A stretch of DNA of 64,000 nucleotides from Salinispira sp. (GTDB taxonomy: Bacteria > Spirochaetota > Spirochaetia > DSM-27196 > Salinispiraceae). Within the stretch, counting starts at the first letter, position 1. Each line of letters opens with the position of its first letter. The notes under the pieces were generated by a model. It did no database searches. It was not told the origin of the DNA and was given only the letters and a program-made list of their open reading frames with translations. Below are positions 41,891-52,758 of the stretch, piece by piece. The translations under genes were made by a program, and so were the position numbers. The stretch covers positions 320,001-384,000 of the forward strand of contig CBDDDG010000010.1 in NCBI GenBank assembly GCA_965226555.1, written 5' to 3'.

Positions 41891-44467
41891 CTACTCCGCA
41901 TACCATGAGGGAAACGCTGTCTGCCCCATTCCAGTGCCCACGCCGGAATTCCTAAACATATTGGTGTCGCTTCCTTCATATTTGGGAGTATCCGCGGTAT
42001 TAAGCGTTAAATGATCGCCCCATGCATCAAGATTTTGACTGAATGCGCGTGCTCCATCGAACATTTCAGTCATATTCGGTGTCGCAGCAATTGTCCAGCC
42101 GGAAATATCCTGATTGAACGAGCGTGCATTCTTGAACATCTTAGACATATCCGTTACCTTACTGACATCACCCCATCCCGAGATATCCCGATTGAAACTG
42201 TATGCTCCACCGAATATCAGGGACATATTTGTTACCTTGCTAACATCCCAGTTTGAGATATCGCCATTGAATGCGGTTGCATCAGAGAACATAACGGACA
42301 TATTTGTTACCTTGCTAACATCCCAGTCTGAGATATCGCCATTGAATGTTCTTGCGACAATGAACATACCGGACATATTCGTTACCGCCGCAGTATTCCA
42401 GAGCGAGATGTCGCCATTGAATGCGCCTTTGTACCCGAAAATTCCAGACATATCCGTTACTGCCGTGGTAATAATGTAGTTAAAATCGGCAGTATTACCC
42501 CAATTACTTATTCCCGTATTTACTGCTGCTTTCAGTGCAGCGTTATCAGCAGGATTCATGGTAACAGAGAAATTCTCGAAAAGGAGTTTGTCTCCATTTT
42601 CTGTTTCACCATATATCACATATATCACATATATTCCTGCCGTTGTACTCGCGCTAACGGTAATAACTCCGGTACTTGAGTCAACTGTCGGCAGGGTAAC
42701 CGATGTCCCGGAAGTAATTCCAGCCACAGTAACGCTTGGATTCTCCGCATTGGCAATTGCGTCATCAATGGCAGCCGAAAGAATGACGGATGTTGGCGTA
42801 CCACCTGAAGGAACCTTCGGAATCTGCGTCGCAAGCGGCAGCAGTGTTCTCGTTGCGGATGCAGACCAGTCGCCAATGCCCGCGCCATTCCCCGCATCCT
42901 CAAGCACTGCATTTTTGGCGCGTACCTGCACATCGTAGGAGGTACCGTCGTTCGTCAGTCCGGTAATGGTGTAGCTCGCGGCAGTACCGGCGATAGGGTC
43001 GGTGACCAGCGTCCAGTTAGAACCGTTGTCTGAACTATACTGCACATCGTAGGAGGTAATGGGGCTGCCGCCGTCATTGGGAGCTGTCCATGTCGCGGTG
43101 AGCTGGGTGTCTCCAACTGCGAGCCTAGGAGCATTCAGCATGGCAGGAGGCCCAATAGGGGTGGTTGCGGTGTCAGTCGCTGGGTTACCATTGCCCTGAC
43201 CATTGACAGCGTAGACCCGCACCTCGTACTCGGTGCCGTTTGTCAGTCCCGTGATGATGAGGGTCAGGGTGTCGGCATCGGCGGTGGCAATGGCAGGTTC
43301 CCACGCGCTTGCTCCGGCTACGCGATGCTGTAGTTCATAGCGAGTAATGGCGCTGTCGCCAGTATTGGTCGGCGCTTCCCATGTTGCGGTAATTGTTTGC
43401 AGACTCACTGCAAGCATGAACTCATTCGGAGCGGTGGGAAGGGTACCATCAGGCGTTTCGGTGGCGGGCGGCGACCAGTCGCCCGCGCCCTGCGCGTTGA
43501 CGGCGCTCACCTGTACATCGTAGGTGGTGCTATTCATCAGGCCGGTGATGGTGTGGTGGCTTGTGCCGATGCCGGAGCTTATTTCCGTCCATGCTCCGCC
43601 GCCTGTGCGGTAGCGGAGGTGGTACGCGGTAACGGCGCTGCCGCCAGTGTCGGTCGGCGCGCTCCATGAGGCACTCAGCTGGGTGTTTCCGGGGCTGAGC
43701 GTGAGGGCTGTCGGCGCGCTGGGTGTGGTAGCGGGAGTTGCGGTGTCAATCGCTGAGTTACCGTTGCGCTCTTCCGGGTAATGAGCGGTTATTTCGCTGA
43801 CAGCATATACCTGCACCTCGTACTCGGTACCGTTTGTCAGTCCGGTGATGCGGTAGGTGTAGGGTGGGTCGGCATTCAGATCGATGAGAATGGGATTTGA
43901 CCACTCGCCTGCTCCAGTTTTGCGATATTGCACCTCATACCTGTCAATGTTTCCACTGGCGCCAAGGTTGGTCGGCGCTTCCCATGTTGCGGTAAGCATC
44001 TCATCCCCCACTTCAAGCATGAAAGTAGTCGGAGCGGTGGGAAGGGTACCATCAGGCGTTTCGGTGGCGGGCGGCGACCAGTCGCCCGCGCCCGCCTTGT
44101 TAACGGCACGCACCCGCACATCGTAGCTTTGAGCGTTTGCCAGCCCGGTAATGACGTGGTTTGTGGCAGTATGAGCGATGGTGTCGGTGTCTGTTGAGTC
44201 GTCCGTTGGCCAGTCTGCGGTGCTTAGTTTGTGCTGCACATGGTACGCGGTAATTTCACCACCATTATCTGCCGGAGAAATCCAGTTAGCCGTTAGTTGA
44301 CCATTCCCCACTTCAAGGGTTGGGGCAACCATTTGGGTCGGCGGGCTTACCGTATCTCCCTGAACTGGATCAGGACATCCGGTAAGTAAGGCTACGAGAA
44401 CCACGCTTATGACAACAAAAATAGGGAACTTCCCCTGTACTTTTCGTAGTGGATTGAAATTACACAT
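41891..44467 (-). CDS. Lipoprotein with 5 FN3 domains and BspA/DUF285 repeats (intact paralog)
   Basis: AAAGGAG SD; signal ending LLTGC; FN3 motifs; FNGDISxWDVSKVTNM repeats. Confidence 0.9.
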   Translation of the reverse strand: MCNFNPLRKVQGKFPIFVVISVVLVALLTGCPDPVQGDTVSPPTQMVAPTLEVGNGQLTANWISPADNGGEITAYHVQHKLSTADWPTDDSTDTDTIAHTATNHVITGLANAQSYDVRVRAVNKAGAGDWSPPATETPDGTLPTAPTTFMLEVGDEMLTATWEAPTNLGASGNIDRYEVQYRKTGAGEWSNPILIDLNADPPYTYRITGLTNGTEYEVQVYAVSEITAHYPEERNGNSAIDTATPATTPSAPTALTLSPGNTQLSASWSAPTDTGGSAVTAYHLRYRTGGGAWTEISSGIGTSHHTITGLMNSTTYDVQVSAVNAQGAGDWSPPATETPDGTLPTAPNEFMLAVSLQTITATWEAPTNTGDSAITRYELQHRVAGASAWEPAIATADADTLTLIITGLTNGTEYEVRVYAVNGQGNGNPATDTATTPIGPPAMLNAPRLAVGDTQLTATWTAPNDGGSPITSYDVQYSSDNGSNWTLVTDPIAGTAASYTITGLTNDGTSYDVQVRAKNAVLEDAGNGAGIGDWSASATRTLLPLATQIPKVPSGGTPTSVILSAAIDDAIANAENPSVTVAGITSGTSVTLPTVDSSTGVITVSASTTAGIYVIYVIYGETENGDKLLFENFSVTMNPADNAALKAAVNTGISNWGNTADFNYIITTAVTDMSGIFGYKGAFNGDISLWNTAAVTNMSGMFIVARTFNGDISDWDVSKVTNMSVMFSDATAFNGDISNWDVSKVTNMSLIFGGAYSFNRDISGWGDVSKVTDMSKMFKNARSFNQDISGWTIAATPNMTEMFDGARAFSQNLDAWGDHLTLNTADTPKYEGSDTNMFRNSGVGTGMGQTAFPSWYAE

Positions 44468-44523
44468 TATTTTAATGCTCCTTTTTGAGATCATTGCATG
44501 GCAACAGTCTCATCGGTGATATT

Positions 44524-44553
44524 ATAGTACCGTTTATTTATCCAGTGTGTCAA
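44524..44553 (-). promoter_or_regulatory. Candidate sigma70 promoter
   Basis: TTGACA-18 bp-TACTAT. Confidence 0.45.
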
Positions 44554-44757
44554 CATCCCATATGAACTTTTTTGAATTTTTCTTTCGATTTTTTGCTTTC
44601 TGGCTGTAATCATCCTTATATATATGCCATGATCCTCACCATGATCAAATCTCATTGAAACGCGGGGGATTATGATTAAGAAAGCGGTTAAAGTTGATGC
44701 GAGTATAACCAGAAGTTCGAGAAAACCCCGCGGGATTGTTGAATCCAGCTTTTTCTA

Positions 44758-45096
44758 TTATCCATTAATATCAATTGTGTTTCCAAGATCGGGGTCTTTG
44801 AAGGGATCATTCTGTTTCTCCTGCCCTTCTTCTGGCTCGGCTTTTGGGTCTTTCCCATGCTGTTCGGCTTCCCAATGATTCCGGGATTCTTCCTCATCGT
44901 CATGAACCTTCTCGGGACCCGGACCTGGTTCTGCCGCAGCATTCACCTTTTCTCCGCTTTGGCGTGTTTTCTGAGCTATTTCTTCCGCGGCCACCTGCTG
45001 GGCATGGAGGGGGGCTTCTTCACGAGCTGCCTGCTCACGGCCTACCTGATTCAGGCGGACAAAAAGATTCTGAAGATCAATGGGTTTTAATGACAT
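44758..45096 (-). CDS. Hypothetical protein at the end of the flagellar cluster
   Basis: MSLKPIDLQ...KDPDLGNTIDI pattern. Confidence 0.7.
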   Translation of the reverse strand: MSLKPIDLQNLFVRLNQVGREQAAREEAPLHAQQVAAEEIAQKTRQSGEKVNAAAEPGPGPEKVHDDEEESRNHWEAEQHGKDPKAEPEEGQEKQNDPFKDPDLGNTIDING

Positions 45097-45130
45097 GATG
45101 ACCTTCCCGCTTTCTCATAACCTTATCCAA

Positions 45131-47077
45131 TTACCGCTGTTTTACTATCCGAACCATACTGATATCTTCTTCAATCTCTTCATATTTCGTTACCTTAATT
45201 ACATTATCCTCATTAACAAATGTTACCTGCTTAAATTCGCGCCGAACCTCAAGGGTAGCATCTTTTATTGCTACCTTTACACCCGGATGTACAACACTGG
45301 AAGCCGAAATTTTTCCAGCGGTCTTCAAATCATTGAGGTGGATATGAATTCTCTCCCGCTCTTCGGCAATGTCATCAAGACGGTTTAAAATTGAATTCTT
45401 CTGTTCTTTGAGTTCGGTATAGCGGTCTCTATGTTCGGGTGAAAGTTTCTTCTGAGATCTGAGCATTCTCTCAAGCAGAAGGATATTTTTGGTAATACCA
45501 TCGAGCACTCCATTGATCTCTTTTTCTTCCACAACGAAGGCATCTAATTTTTCCTTGCTCTGAGGATCAAAACCAACCTCAAGAACTGTTTCAATATTGG
45601 CAATGGAACCAAGGGTTTTCGCATTAATTTCTTCAGATGCCCGCAAATTCCCGCCGACAATGCTTGCCCGCTTACCCTTACAGAGAATTTTCCTGTCGGA
45701 TGAGACCTTGCTATTTATAATGCCATCGGAAACAATAACCATTCCCGATGTAACGACATTCGTATTCTGAATAAATTTGGCATAGATATTTCCGTTGGCA
45801 GTAATTTTTCCTTCTTCCCTGCCGTTCATCCCTTGGCGGATAACGATGTCCCCCTCCGCATCGAGGGTACACTTACCAACCGAGCCGGTAATTTCAATGT
45901 TCCCGGCTGCCTTCACGGAAAAGCCATCTTCCACTGTTCCTGCAATAATGACGGTTCCCAGAAACATAATGTTACCTGTTTTGAGGTTAACGCTATTATT
46001 CACGATATACACCGATTCAACTGAAATCTTCCCGTTTATACAAAGTACCTGCCCGTTTATTTCAGCAATGGCTGAAAGACCATCATCGGATAAGCGCACA
46101 TGCTTACCCACGTTCAACTGTACGGGGTTTCCATGATTCGCAGGAAATAATCTTCCGGTTACTGTTTCCCCATCTTTGCCAATATCAGGCTCAATGAGAT
46201 TGGCAAGCACCTGACCGGAAACAACATTATTAATCTTCCCAAGATTTTTAAAATCAACCTTTCCGTTAATTTCCCTGAGGCGAACAGCATCACTCTGAAC
46301 CTGAAATTTAAGGTCGATTCTTCCATCCTTGCCGTGCTGGACTTTTTTACCCCGCGCAATACATATTGGACAGTCATATACAGGATTTTCCGCCAGATCA
46401 TGGATGACATTATCGAGAAAACCGGAAGTAACATTCTGAAAGCGGAGAATGGACATGATGGCATCGTAACTCGGATCGGCTCCCTTCGGACCGGGGTGGG
46501 AAATAAGGATAGTGGCTTTCATTTCCATATCTTGAATGTCGACAATCATGCTGGCATCCTGCGCAGAATCATGATCAAAGTCGGCAATTTTTACCGGCAT
46601 GTCATCTGCTTTTTTGACAAGTTTGCCCACAAGCGATAAATCGGCATTGTGTATGTTCTTCTTCTTCAGGAGATTCAGGGCATCCTTCTCGGTGGCTGAT
46701 TTTCCCCCTTCGCGGGGTTTTGTAACCTTCATTATGATGCCGCGGGAATCGCGGCGGATAGATATTTTGCCGTTAATGGAGGACACGAGTTCTTCGATCT
46801 GGGCAGCATGCTGTTCATCGTCTTCAGCGACGGCTTCGCTCATAACAAATGCCGGGTAGGCGAGAATACGGCAGGGGTTTTTGTGCATGCCTAAAGCCCC
46901 CTTATGTCCGGCATCGAGCACCTCATATTCAATTTTCCTGAGAGGAAGGGCAAGTTCAATTGATGCCTGCTTGAGGGCATCCTGAAGATTCTCCCCGGAC
47001 ACACTCACATTTCTGCGCTTCATATCGCCTTCCAGACTTCTGCGCATGTAATCCTGAATATGAAGTAGATCGACCAT
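45131..47077 (-). CDS. FapA/DUF342 family protein with Jag-like N-terminus
   Basis: VDFKNLG, GETVTG, TGNIMFLG, VEDGFSVKAAGNI, IVGG. Confidence 0.88.
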   Translation of the reverse strand: MVDLLHIQDYMRRSLEGDMKRRNVSVSGENLQDALKQASIELALPLRKIEYEVLDAGHKGALGMHKNPCRILAYPAFVMSEAVAEDDEQHAAQIEELVSSINGKISIRRDSRGIIMKVTKPREGGKSATEKDALNLLKKKNIHNADLSLVGKLVKKADDMPVKIADFDHDSAQDASMIVDIQDMEMKATILISHPGPKGADPSYDAIMSILRFQNVTSGFLDNVIHDLAENPVYDCPICIARGKKVQHGKDGRIDLKFQVQSDAVRLREINGKVDFKNLGKINNVVSGQVLANLIEPDIGKDGETVTGRLFPANHGNPVQLNVGKHVRLSDDGLSAIAEINGQVLCINGKISVESVYIVNNSVNLKTGNIMFLGTVIIAGTVEDGFSVKAAGNIEITGSVGKCTLDAEGDIVIRQGMNGREEGKITANGNIYAKFIQNTNVVTSGMVIVSDGIINSKVSSDRKILCKGKRASIVGGNLRASEEINAKTLGSIANIETVLEVGFDPQSKEKLDAFVVEEKEINGVLDGITKNILLLERMLRSQKKLSPEHRDRYTELKEQKNSILNRLDDIAEERERIHIHLNDLKTAGKISASSVVHPGVKVAIKDATLEVRREFKQVTFVNEDNVIKVTKYEEIEEDISMVRIVKQR

Positions 47078-47078
47078 A

Positions 47079-47867
47079 TCAGAAAATTCCTTTTTTTATG
47101 TTTGTGAGCTTGGTCCGCAAGCGGATTATCGCCTTGGTATGCAGTTGGCTCACCCGCGATTCGGTAACCTCTAAAATCTTTCCAATTTCCTTGAGTGTGA
47201 GATCTTCATAGTAATACAAAACGAGAACTGTTTTTTCTTTCTCCGGCAACTCCTGAATAGATTTAACAATGACCTTCTTTACTTCTTCCTTTTCGACAAT
47301 ATTATCCGGATTAAAGCCATCGGGACTCTCAATGCTGTCGACAATGGATACGCTCTCGTTCTCATCGCCGGTGTACCACACATCATTCAGGCTGAGAACG
47401 CTGGTTCCGCTTACGCGAAGCATGACCTTTTCAAACTCTTTGGTGCTTAGTCCCATTTCTTTTGCAATTTCATCATCGCTCGCAGAGCGGCCGAGACCCG
47501 CTTCCACGTTGCGGATAGCATCTTCAACCTCTCTGGATTTCTGCCGTACCGAGCGCGGAACCCAGTCGATAGAGCGGAGTTCATCAAAAATTGCGCCGCG
47601 TATGCGGGTAACAGCATAGGTTTTAAATTTTATGTGCTTATCGGGGTCATATTTCTCAATTGCATCGAAGAGACCAAATACGCCGTAACCGATGAGATCA
47701 TCGAATTCAACGTTTTGCGGCATTCCAACAGCAACCTTTCCGGCAACATATTTAACAAGAGGGGCATACTGTTTGATCATTCTGTCTCGTATTTCGGGAT
47801 TTTTTGTTTGTTTATAATCCTTCCAGAGTTCGAGCTCTTCCTGTTCGGTGTAGGCCGGTTCTGCCAT
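47079..47867 (-). CDS. fliA: Flagellar sigma factor (sigma28, FliA/WhiG)
   Basis: [45 protein letters not shown]. Confidence 0.93.
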   Translation of the reverse strand: MAEPAYTEQEELELWKDYKQTKNPEIRDRMIKQYAPLVKYVAGKVAVGMPQNVEFDDLIGYGVFGLFDAIEKYDPDKHIKFKTYAVTRIRGAIFDELRSIDWVPRSVRQKSREVEDAIRNVEAGLGRSASDDEIAKEMGLSTKEFEKVMLRVSGTSVLSLNDVWYTGDENESVSIVDSIESPDGFNPDNIVEKEEVKKVIVKSIQELPEKEKTVLVLYYYEDLTLKEIGKILEVTESRVSQLHTKAIIRLRTKLTNIKKGIF

Positions 47868-47870
47868 TTT

Positions 47871-48323
47871 TTATTCCTTATTAAGCATGGTCTGGATTGC
47901 CAGCGCAAATTTACGCGAATCTACTTCATTGCCCTTGTCGCTCATGGAATTCGCAGCAGGGGGGGAATTGGCGGGCACGCTTTTCACTGTATTCTCCTCT
48001 TCGACGCTGTCATCTTCGACGCTGTCATCTCCCGTGGGTTCGGCAGCCTGATCATCATCCACAACAATATCAATTTTTCCACCGGATACCGACTGATCTT
48101 CGGAATGTGATATGGTTTCAGCGGAATTCAAGGAGCATAACTCAGGAAGAAATTTTCGAACGATACGGGCTCCAGACACAGCCAAAACAAGAGCAATTGC
48201 CGAAGAAACAATCATGCGAAAAATAATTGAGGCAAAATCGACCCCTCCAAAAATTCCTCCAATTAATGCCAGTATGGCTCCAGAAGCCGCGGAGTATAGC
48301 GCAATAGAGACATATTCCTTCAT
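47871..48323 (-). CDS. Membrane hypothetical protein
   Basis: Two TMs, FLPEL, acidic tail, ALAIQTML. Confidence 0.7.
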   Translation of the reverse strand: MKEYVSIALYSAASGAILALIGGIFGGVDFASIIFRMIVSSAIALVLAVSGARIVRKFLPELCSLNSAETISHSEDQSVSGGKIDIVVDDDQAAEPTGDDSVEDDSVEEENTVKSVPANSPPAANSMSDKGNEVDSRKFALAIQTMLNKE

Positions 48324-48452
48324 AGTACAATCCTACAATTCAGACGGGACAGGGACATAATTCTTACCAGTATGTATATTACCGCACAAGCTTGATTTAC
48401 GTCAACAGCGAGAAACCGCGAGAAATTTTTGCATGCGCAAAAGATTCCGCGA

Positions 48453-49310
48453 TCATTTTTTGAACAGTTTCTTGATAAAATTTCCTAAGCCGGCACCTTC
48501 CCGGTATTCAATTTTTTCGAGACGGCTGGCAATCTGAGTTATACAGGCGCTTGCCTTCGCCCGCGGATCAACGGCAAGAAAGGGTTTTTGCTTTCGAACC
48601 GCATCGGATATCACTGGATCTTCAAAAACATATCCGAGATAATCAACTTTCAGATTCAAAAATTGCGAAGCAATGTTAATGACACGCTCGGCAATCTTCT
48701 TTCCTTCGCTCACCTTACTTACCCTGTTTACCACAAGTTTGAGATTCAGATTGAGACCGTCAACCTCCGTTGCGATGATCTTGATAATGCCGTAGGCATC
48801 GGTAATTGCCGTTGGCTCGGGCGTTGTAACAATGACAACATCGTCTGCGGCCGCAACAAAGGACATGACATTGCTGTTTACTCCCGCGCTCGCATCGATG
48901 ACAATGATATCGACCGCGCTCAATTCGCTCAGCTCACGGATAAAGGCATTCCGCTCCTCATCCGACAAATTTGCCAGCTTGCTGAATCCGCTCGCGCCGG
49001 CGACAAGCTGAATGCCGTATTGCGTGTCCATAATGATATCTTTCATGGTCTTTTGCTTTCGAATGAGATGATACAGGTTGTATTTTGGTATAATACCCAG
49101 TATTATATTGACGTTGGCGAGCCCCAAATCGGCATCCATGAGCACCGTCTTTTTTCCGAGCCTCGCATAGGCTATCGCTAAATTTGTGGACAGGTTGGTC
49201 TTGCCAACCCCGCCCTTTCCACTTGCAACAGTGATGATCCGGGTTTTCGAATTCAGAATTTGAGGATTACTGTTCATCATTTCTCTCAATGTTTCTGCCT
49301 GATCTGCCAT
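48453..49310 (-). CDS. flhG: Flagellar MinD-like ATPase
   Basis: SGKGGVGKT, DADLGLAN, TPEPTAITDAY; follows flhF. Confidence 0.9.
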   Translation of the reverse strand: MADQAETLREMMNSNPQILNSKTRIITVASGKGGVGKTNLSTNLAIAYARLGKKTVLMDADLGLANVNIILGIIPKYNLYHLIRKQKTMKDIIMDTQYGIQLVAGASGFSKLANLSDEERNAFIRELSELSAVDIIVIDASAGVNSNVMSFVAAADDVVIVTTPEPTAITDAYGIIKIIATEVDGLNLNLKLVVNRVSKVSEGKKIAERVINIASQFLNLKVDYLGYVFEDPVISDAVRKQKPFLAVDPRAKASACITQIASRLEKIEYREGAGLGNFIKKLFKK

Positions 49311-49336
49311 ACTGCCTCCTAAGTAGGTAATTTCTT

Positions 49337-50554
49337 TTAAGATTGTTCTTCTTTATTCCATCGAACCGAGAATCCTGACAAACTGTTGAGAAAATGCTGC
49401 TGCGATGCAAACTGAAGGTCATTGGGAACTTTCTGACCGCAGGTGATAAAGCTCGCTTTTTTTTGCTTTTCCCATAAAATGCTCATAATTGTACCAAGGC
49501 TGCCGGCCTCATCTGTTTTTGTGATAATGAGCGATGAAAAATTAAATTGCTCGAACTGTTGTACTATCCGCTTGGTATCGGAAAATTTCACATTCGCGCT
49601 CATGGTGAGAAAAACTTCCAGCTTTGAACCGCCAACATGGAGAAGGGAATTCAATTTTGCAATGTTTTCAAAGTCACCGGGGCTTCGTCCGGGGGTGTCG
49701 ATGAAGATCATATCGGCATCCTGACAAATGGCAAGAGATTTTTCCAACTCCTCGGGGGTAGCTGCGCTTTCAAGCGGAATTCTCATGATCTCCGCATATA
49801 GTTCTATTTGCTTCAGGGCTCCAATGCGAAAATGATCGGTTGAGATAATGCGTATCGAACGTTTTTTTCCATCGAACTTGCCGGTGCAATACAAACCTGC
49901 CAGCTTTGCGATGCTTGTTGTTTTACCAACACCCGTTGGACCCACAAGCGCGATAACACGCGGGTGCGCTCGGGGAATATCTTCCTGAATGCACACGGTA
50001 TCCGCAATCCAGTGGAGCACCTTCTGCTGCACGGCATCCCTATCATCCAGCTCATCCATGGAAAGACCCCTGCATTTTTTCAGAATGTGCTGGGTATAGG
50101 CAGAACTGAAATCGTTCTCTTCCATAATTGCCGTAATTTCCTGTATGGATGGAGGCTGATCGGTCTGCCGGGTATCTTCATCTCTCGCCTTCTGAACATC
50201 TCCCTTGAGGTCTCTCAATTCCACGAGTATTTTATTCATGGTAGACGATTCATTCTGTCCGGCAATTTTCAATATTTCCTGTTTCGCGCGATCAAAATCG
50301 GGCGCTCCGTTTCCAAGCGCGGATGACGGCGCATGGCTCTGCCTGCTGACCATTGGCTGAATGGGTCGCCGGATTGGTTCGCGGGAGATGTAACCGCTCA
50401 CTTCCACGAATTCCTTTCTGCCGAAGCCTAAAATTCCGCCTTTCTGAATTTGGCGACGTGTTGTTATCGTTGCCCTCTCTCCATATTTTTGCAGCACAAG
50501 TTCTTCCGCATCTCTATGAGAAATAGCTGTTTCTATAAAATAATCGTAACTCAT
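49337..50554 (-). CDS. flhF: Flagellar GTPase FlhF
   Basis: GPTGVGKTT, DTPGRS, TKTDE, GQKVP. Confidence 0.93.
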   Translation of the reverse strand: MSYDYFIETAISHRDAEELVLQKYGERATITTRRQIQKGGILGFGRKEFVEVSGYISREPIRRPIQPMVSRQSHAPSSALGNGAPDFDRAKQEILKIAGQNESSTMNKILVELRDLKGDVQKARDEDTRQTDQPPSIQEITAIMEENDFSSAYTQHILKKCRGLSMDELDDRDAVQQKVLHWIADTVCIQEDIPRAHPRVIALVGPTGVGKTTSIAKLAGLYCTGKFDGKKRSIRIISTDHFRIGALKQIELYAEIMRIPLESAATPEELEKSLAICQDADMIFIDTPGRSPGDFENIAKLNSLLHVGGSKLEVFLTMSANVKFSDTKRIVQQFEQFNFSSLIITKTDEAGSLGTIMSILWEKQKKASFITCGQKVPNDLQFASQQHFLNSLSGFSVRWNKEEQS

Positions 50555-52758
50555 CTATCATCCTTTTTATTTTCTTCTGATTTTTCTGCTGGGGGTTTTT
50601 GCGCTGCACCTTCTGCTGGGGGTTTTTGCGCTGCGCCTTCTGCTGGGGGTTTTTGCGCTGCGCCTTCTGCTGCCGCGCTTTCCAGAGTAATGGTCCCCAG
50701 CGATTCAACATTCACTTCGGAAATAATTTCCGGAACCGACAATACAACGAGTTCGGGGATGTCGCGGCGAAGCCCGGTTTTGACCAATACCCGGCTGATT
50801 TCCTGCGTGAGGACAATGGGGAGGTATCCCATTTCCTGAACCCTGCGTACCGTATTGAGACTTGCCTTAACCCAAAGCCTTTGAACCTCAGGAGAAAGGG
50901 CGGGAATGGGACCTGCCGCTGTCGGCTGTCGGCTCTCAATAATTTCCTGTTCAAGTTCGGGTTGAAGGGTAATAACATGAATAATTTTCTCATCGTCAGC
51001 ATATTGCAGGCATATCTGACGCGCCAGCCCCTGACGAACTTTCTCAATGAGATAAGGAATATCATCTTTGGCTATTTTGGCAAAATCGGCAAGAGTTTCC
51101 AGAATACTGACCATATTCCGAATAGAAACCTGTTCTTTCAGGAGACCCTGCAAAACTTTCTGAATATCGCCAAGTCCCAATGTTTCCCGTACTTCTTCAA
51201 CAACGGCGCTGTAATCTTCGCGGAGTCCATCGAGGAGGCTCTTGACCTCCTGACGGCCGAGAATGCTTGCGGAATTGCGCTTTATGAGTTCGGTGAGATG
51301 GGTTGCAATAATTGAGGAGGGATCAACAACGGTGTAGCCTGCCCGTTCCGCTCTGTCTCTGTCACGTTCCGACACCCAAATAGCAGGGAGACCGAAGGCA
51401 GGGTCGGTGGTTTTCTCGCCTTCTATCTCTGTTTTTACTCCCCCAGGATTTATACACAGAAAGTGATCCATCCTGAGAAGCCCTCTGCCGACCTCAACAC
51501 CGCGGATTTTAAGACAGTATTCGGATGGTTCAAGCCGCATGTTATCAATAATACGGATTCTCGGGACAATAAGACCGAGGTCGAGGACAATTTCCCGTCT
51601 GATTTTTGTGATGCGCTCAAGAAGTTCAGCCCCCTGCTCCTTATCGACAAGCGGCACAAGGCCGTAACCCAATTCCAGACTAACAGGATCAAGCGGAGCA
51701 ACTTTGGGAAAATCCCGGGAAGTATCCGCTGGTTCCGATCGAACCGCCGCAGTTTTTTCTTCACTCTGTTTCCTGCTCCGGCCAAGGCGAAGAGCCATAA
51801 CCATGCTGAGCGCTGCAAGCGGTATGAGCACATACCACGGGAAACCCGGGAGTACGGCAAGTAAAAGGAGAAATACGGCAGCAATCCAGTAAATTTTGTC
51901 CTGCCTTGCAAATTGTCTGGTAAGATCCTGACCAAAGCTGCCATCGCTCACGGCACGGGTTACGATGAGGCCGGTTGCCGTTGAAACAAGCAGGCTCGGA
52001 AACTGACTTACCAGCCCATCTCCAATGGTCAGACCGACATAGGTATTCACCGCTTCTGTGAGAGTTTCTCCATGAATGGTCAGGCCGACAAGAAGCCCCC
52101 CCACAATGTTTACAATGGTTATAAGAATGCCGACAGTAACATTTCCCTGAACGAATTTACTGGCACCGTCCATGGCGCCGTAAAAATCAACCTCCTTCTG
52201 AAGGTCCCGCTTACGGTGCTGAGCTTCCTGCTCGGAAATGGAACCGTTACTGTATTCCGCATCAATGGCCATCTGCTTGCCGGGCAGGGAATCGAGAGTG
52301 AAGCGCGCTGCAACTTCAGCAACCCGCGTGGCGCCCTTGGTAATGACCAGAAACTGAACCGCAATAATGATAATGTATATGATAATGCCAATAACAAGTC
52401 CCTCGGTCCCCGAACTTCCGGTAACAAAGCTGCCGAAGGCTCGGACAATTCTTCCGTCGAAGTTGCCCCCCTTACTGAGGATGAGCCGGGTTGAACTGAT
52501 ATTCAGAGCAAGTGAAAGCACCGTACTCACAAGCAGGATAGTTGGAAATATCGAGAAATCCAAGGCTCGAACTGTATACAGAACAATAAGAAGAATGAGC
52601 AACGAAAGGACGAGGTTACTCGATTGGAGAGTATCTAAAATGATGGCAGGCAGGGGTATAATAAGCATCATCACAACCATGATGACACCAATGGCTACCA
52701 GAGCGTCGCTGCCCTCTCTGAGAAAGGCCCGTGAAATTTGCGAACGTATATCGGCCAT
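50551..52758 (-). CDS. flhA: Flagellar export protein FlhA
   Basis: RVAEVAARFTLDSLPGKQMAIDA, FYGAMDGASKFV. Confidence 0.96.
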   Translation of the reverse strand: MADIRSQISRAFLREGSDALVAIGVIMVVMMLIIPLPAIILDTLQSSNLVLSLLILLIVLYTVRALDFSIFPTILLVSTVLSLALNISSTRLILSKGGNFDGRIVRAFGSFVTGSSGTEGLVIGIIIYIIIIAVQFLVITKGATRVAEVAARFTLDSLPGKQMAIDAEYSNGSISEQEAQHRKRDLQKEVDFYGAMDGASKFVQGNVTVGILITIVNIVGGLLVGLTIHGETLTEAVNTYVGLTIGDGLVSQFPSLLVSTATGLIVTRAVSDGSFGQDLTRQFARQDKIYWIAAVFLLLLAVLPGFPWYVLIPLAALSMVMALRLGRSRKQSEEKTAAVRSEPADTSRDFPKVAPLDPVSLELGYGLVPLVDKEQGAELLERITKIRREIVLDLGLIVPRIRIIDNMRLEPSEYCLKIRGVEVGRGLLRMDHFLCINPGGVKTEIEGEKTTDPAFGLPAIWVSERDRDRAERAGYTVVDPSSIIATHLTELIKRNSASILGRQEVKSLLDGLREDYSAVVEEVRETLGLGDIQKVLQGLLKEQVSIRNMVSILETLADFAKIAKDDIPYLIEKVRQGLARQICLQYADDEKIIHVITLQPELEQEIIESRQPTAAGPIPALSPEVQRLWVKASLNTVRRVQEMGYLPIVLTQEISRVLVKTGLRRDIPELVVLSVPEIISEVNVESLGTITLESAAAEGAAQKPPAEGAAQKPPAEGAAQKPPAEKSEENKKDDR

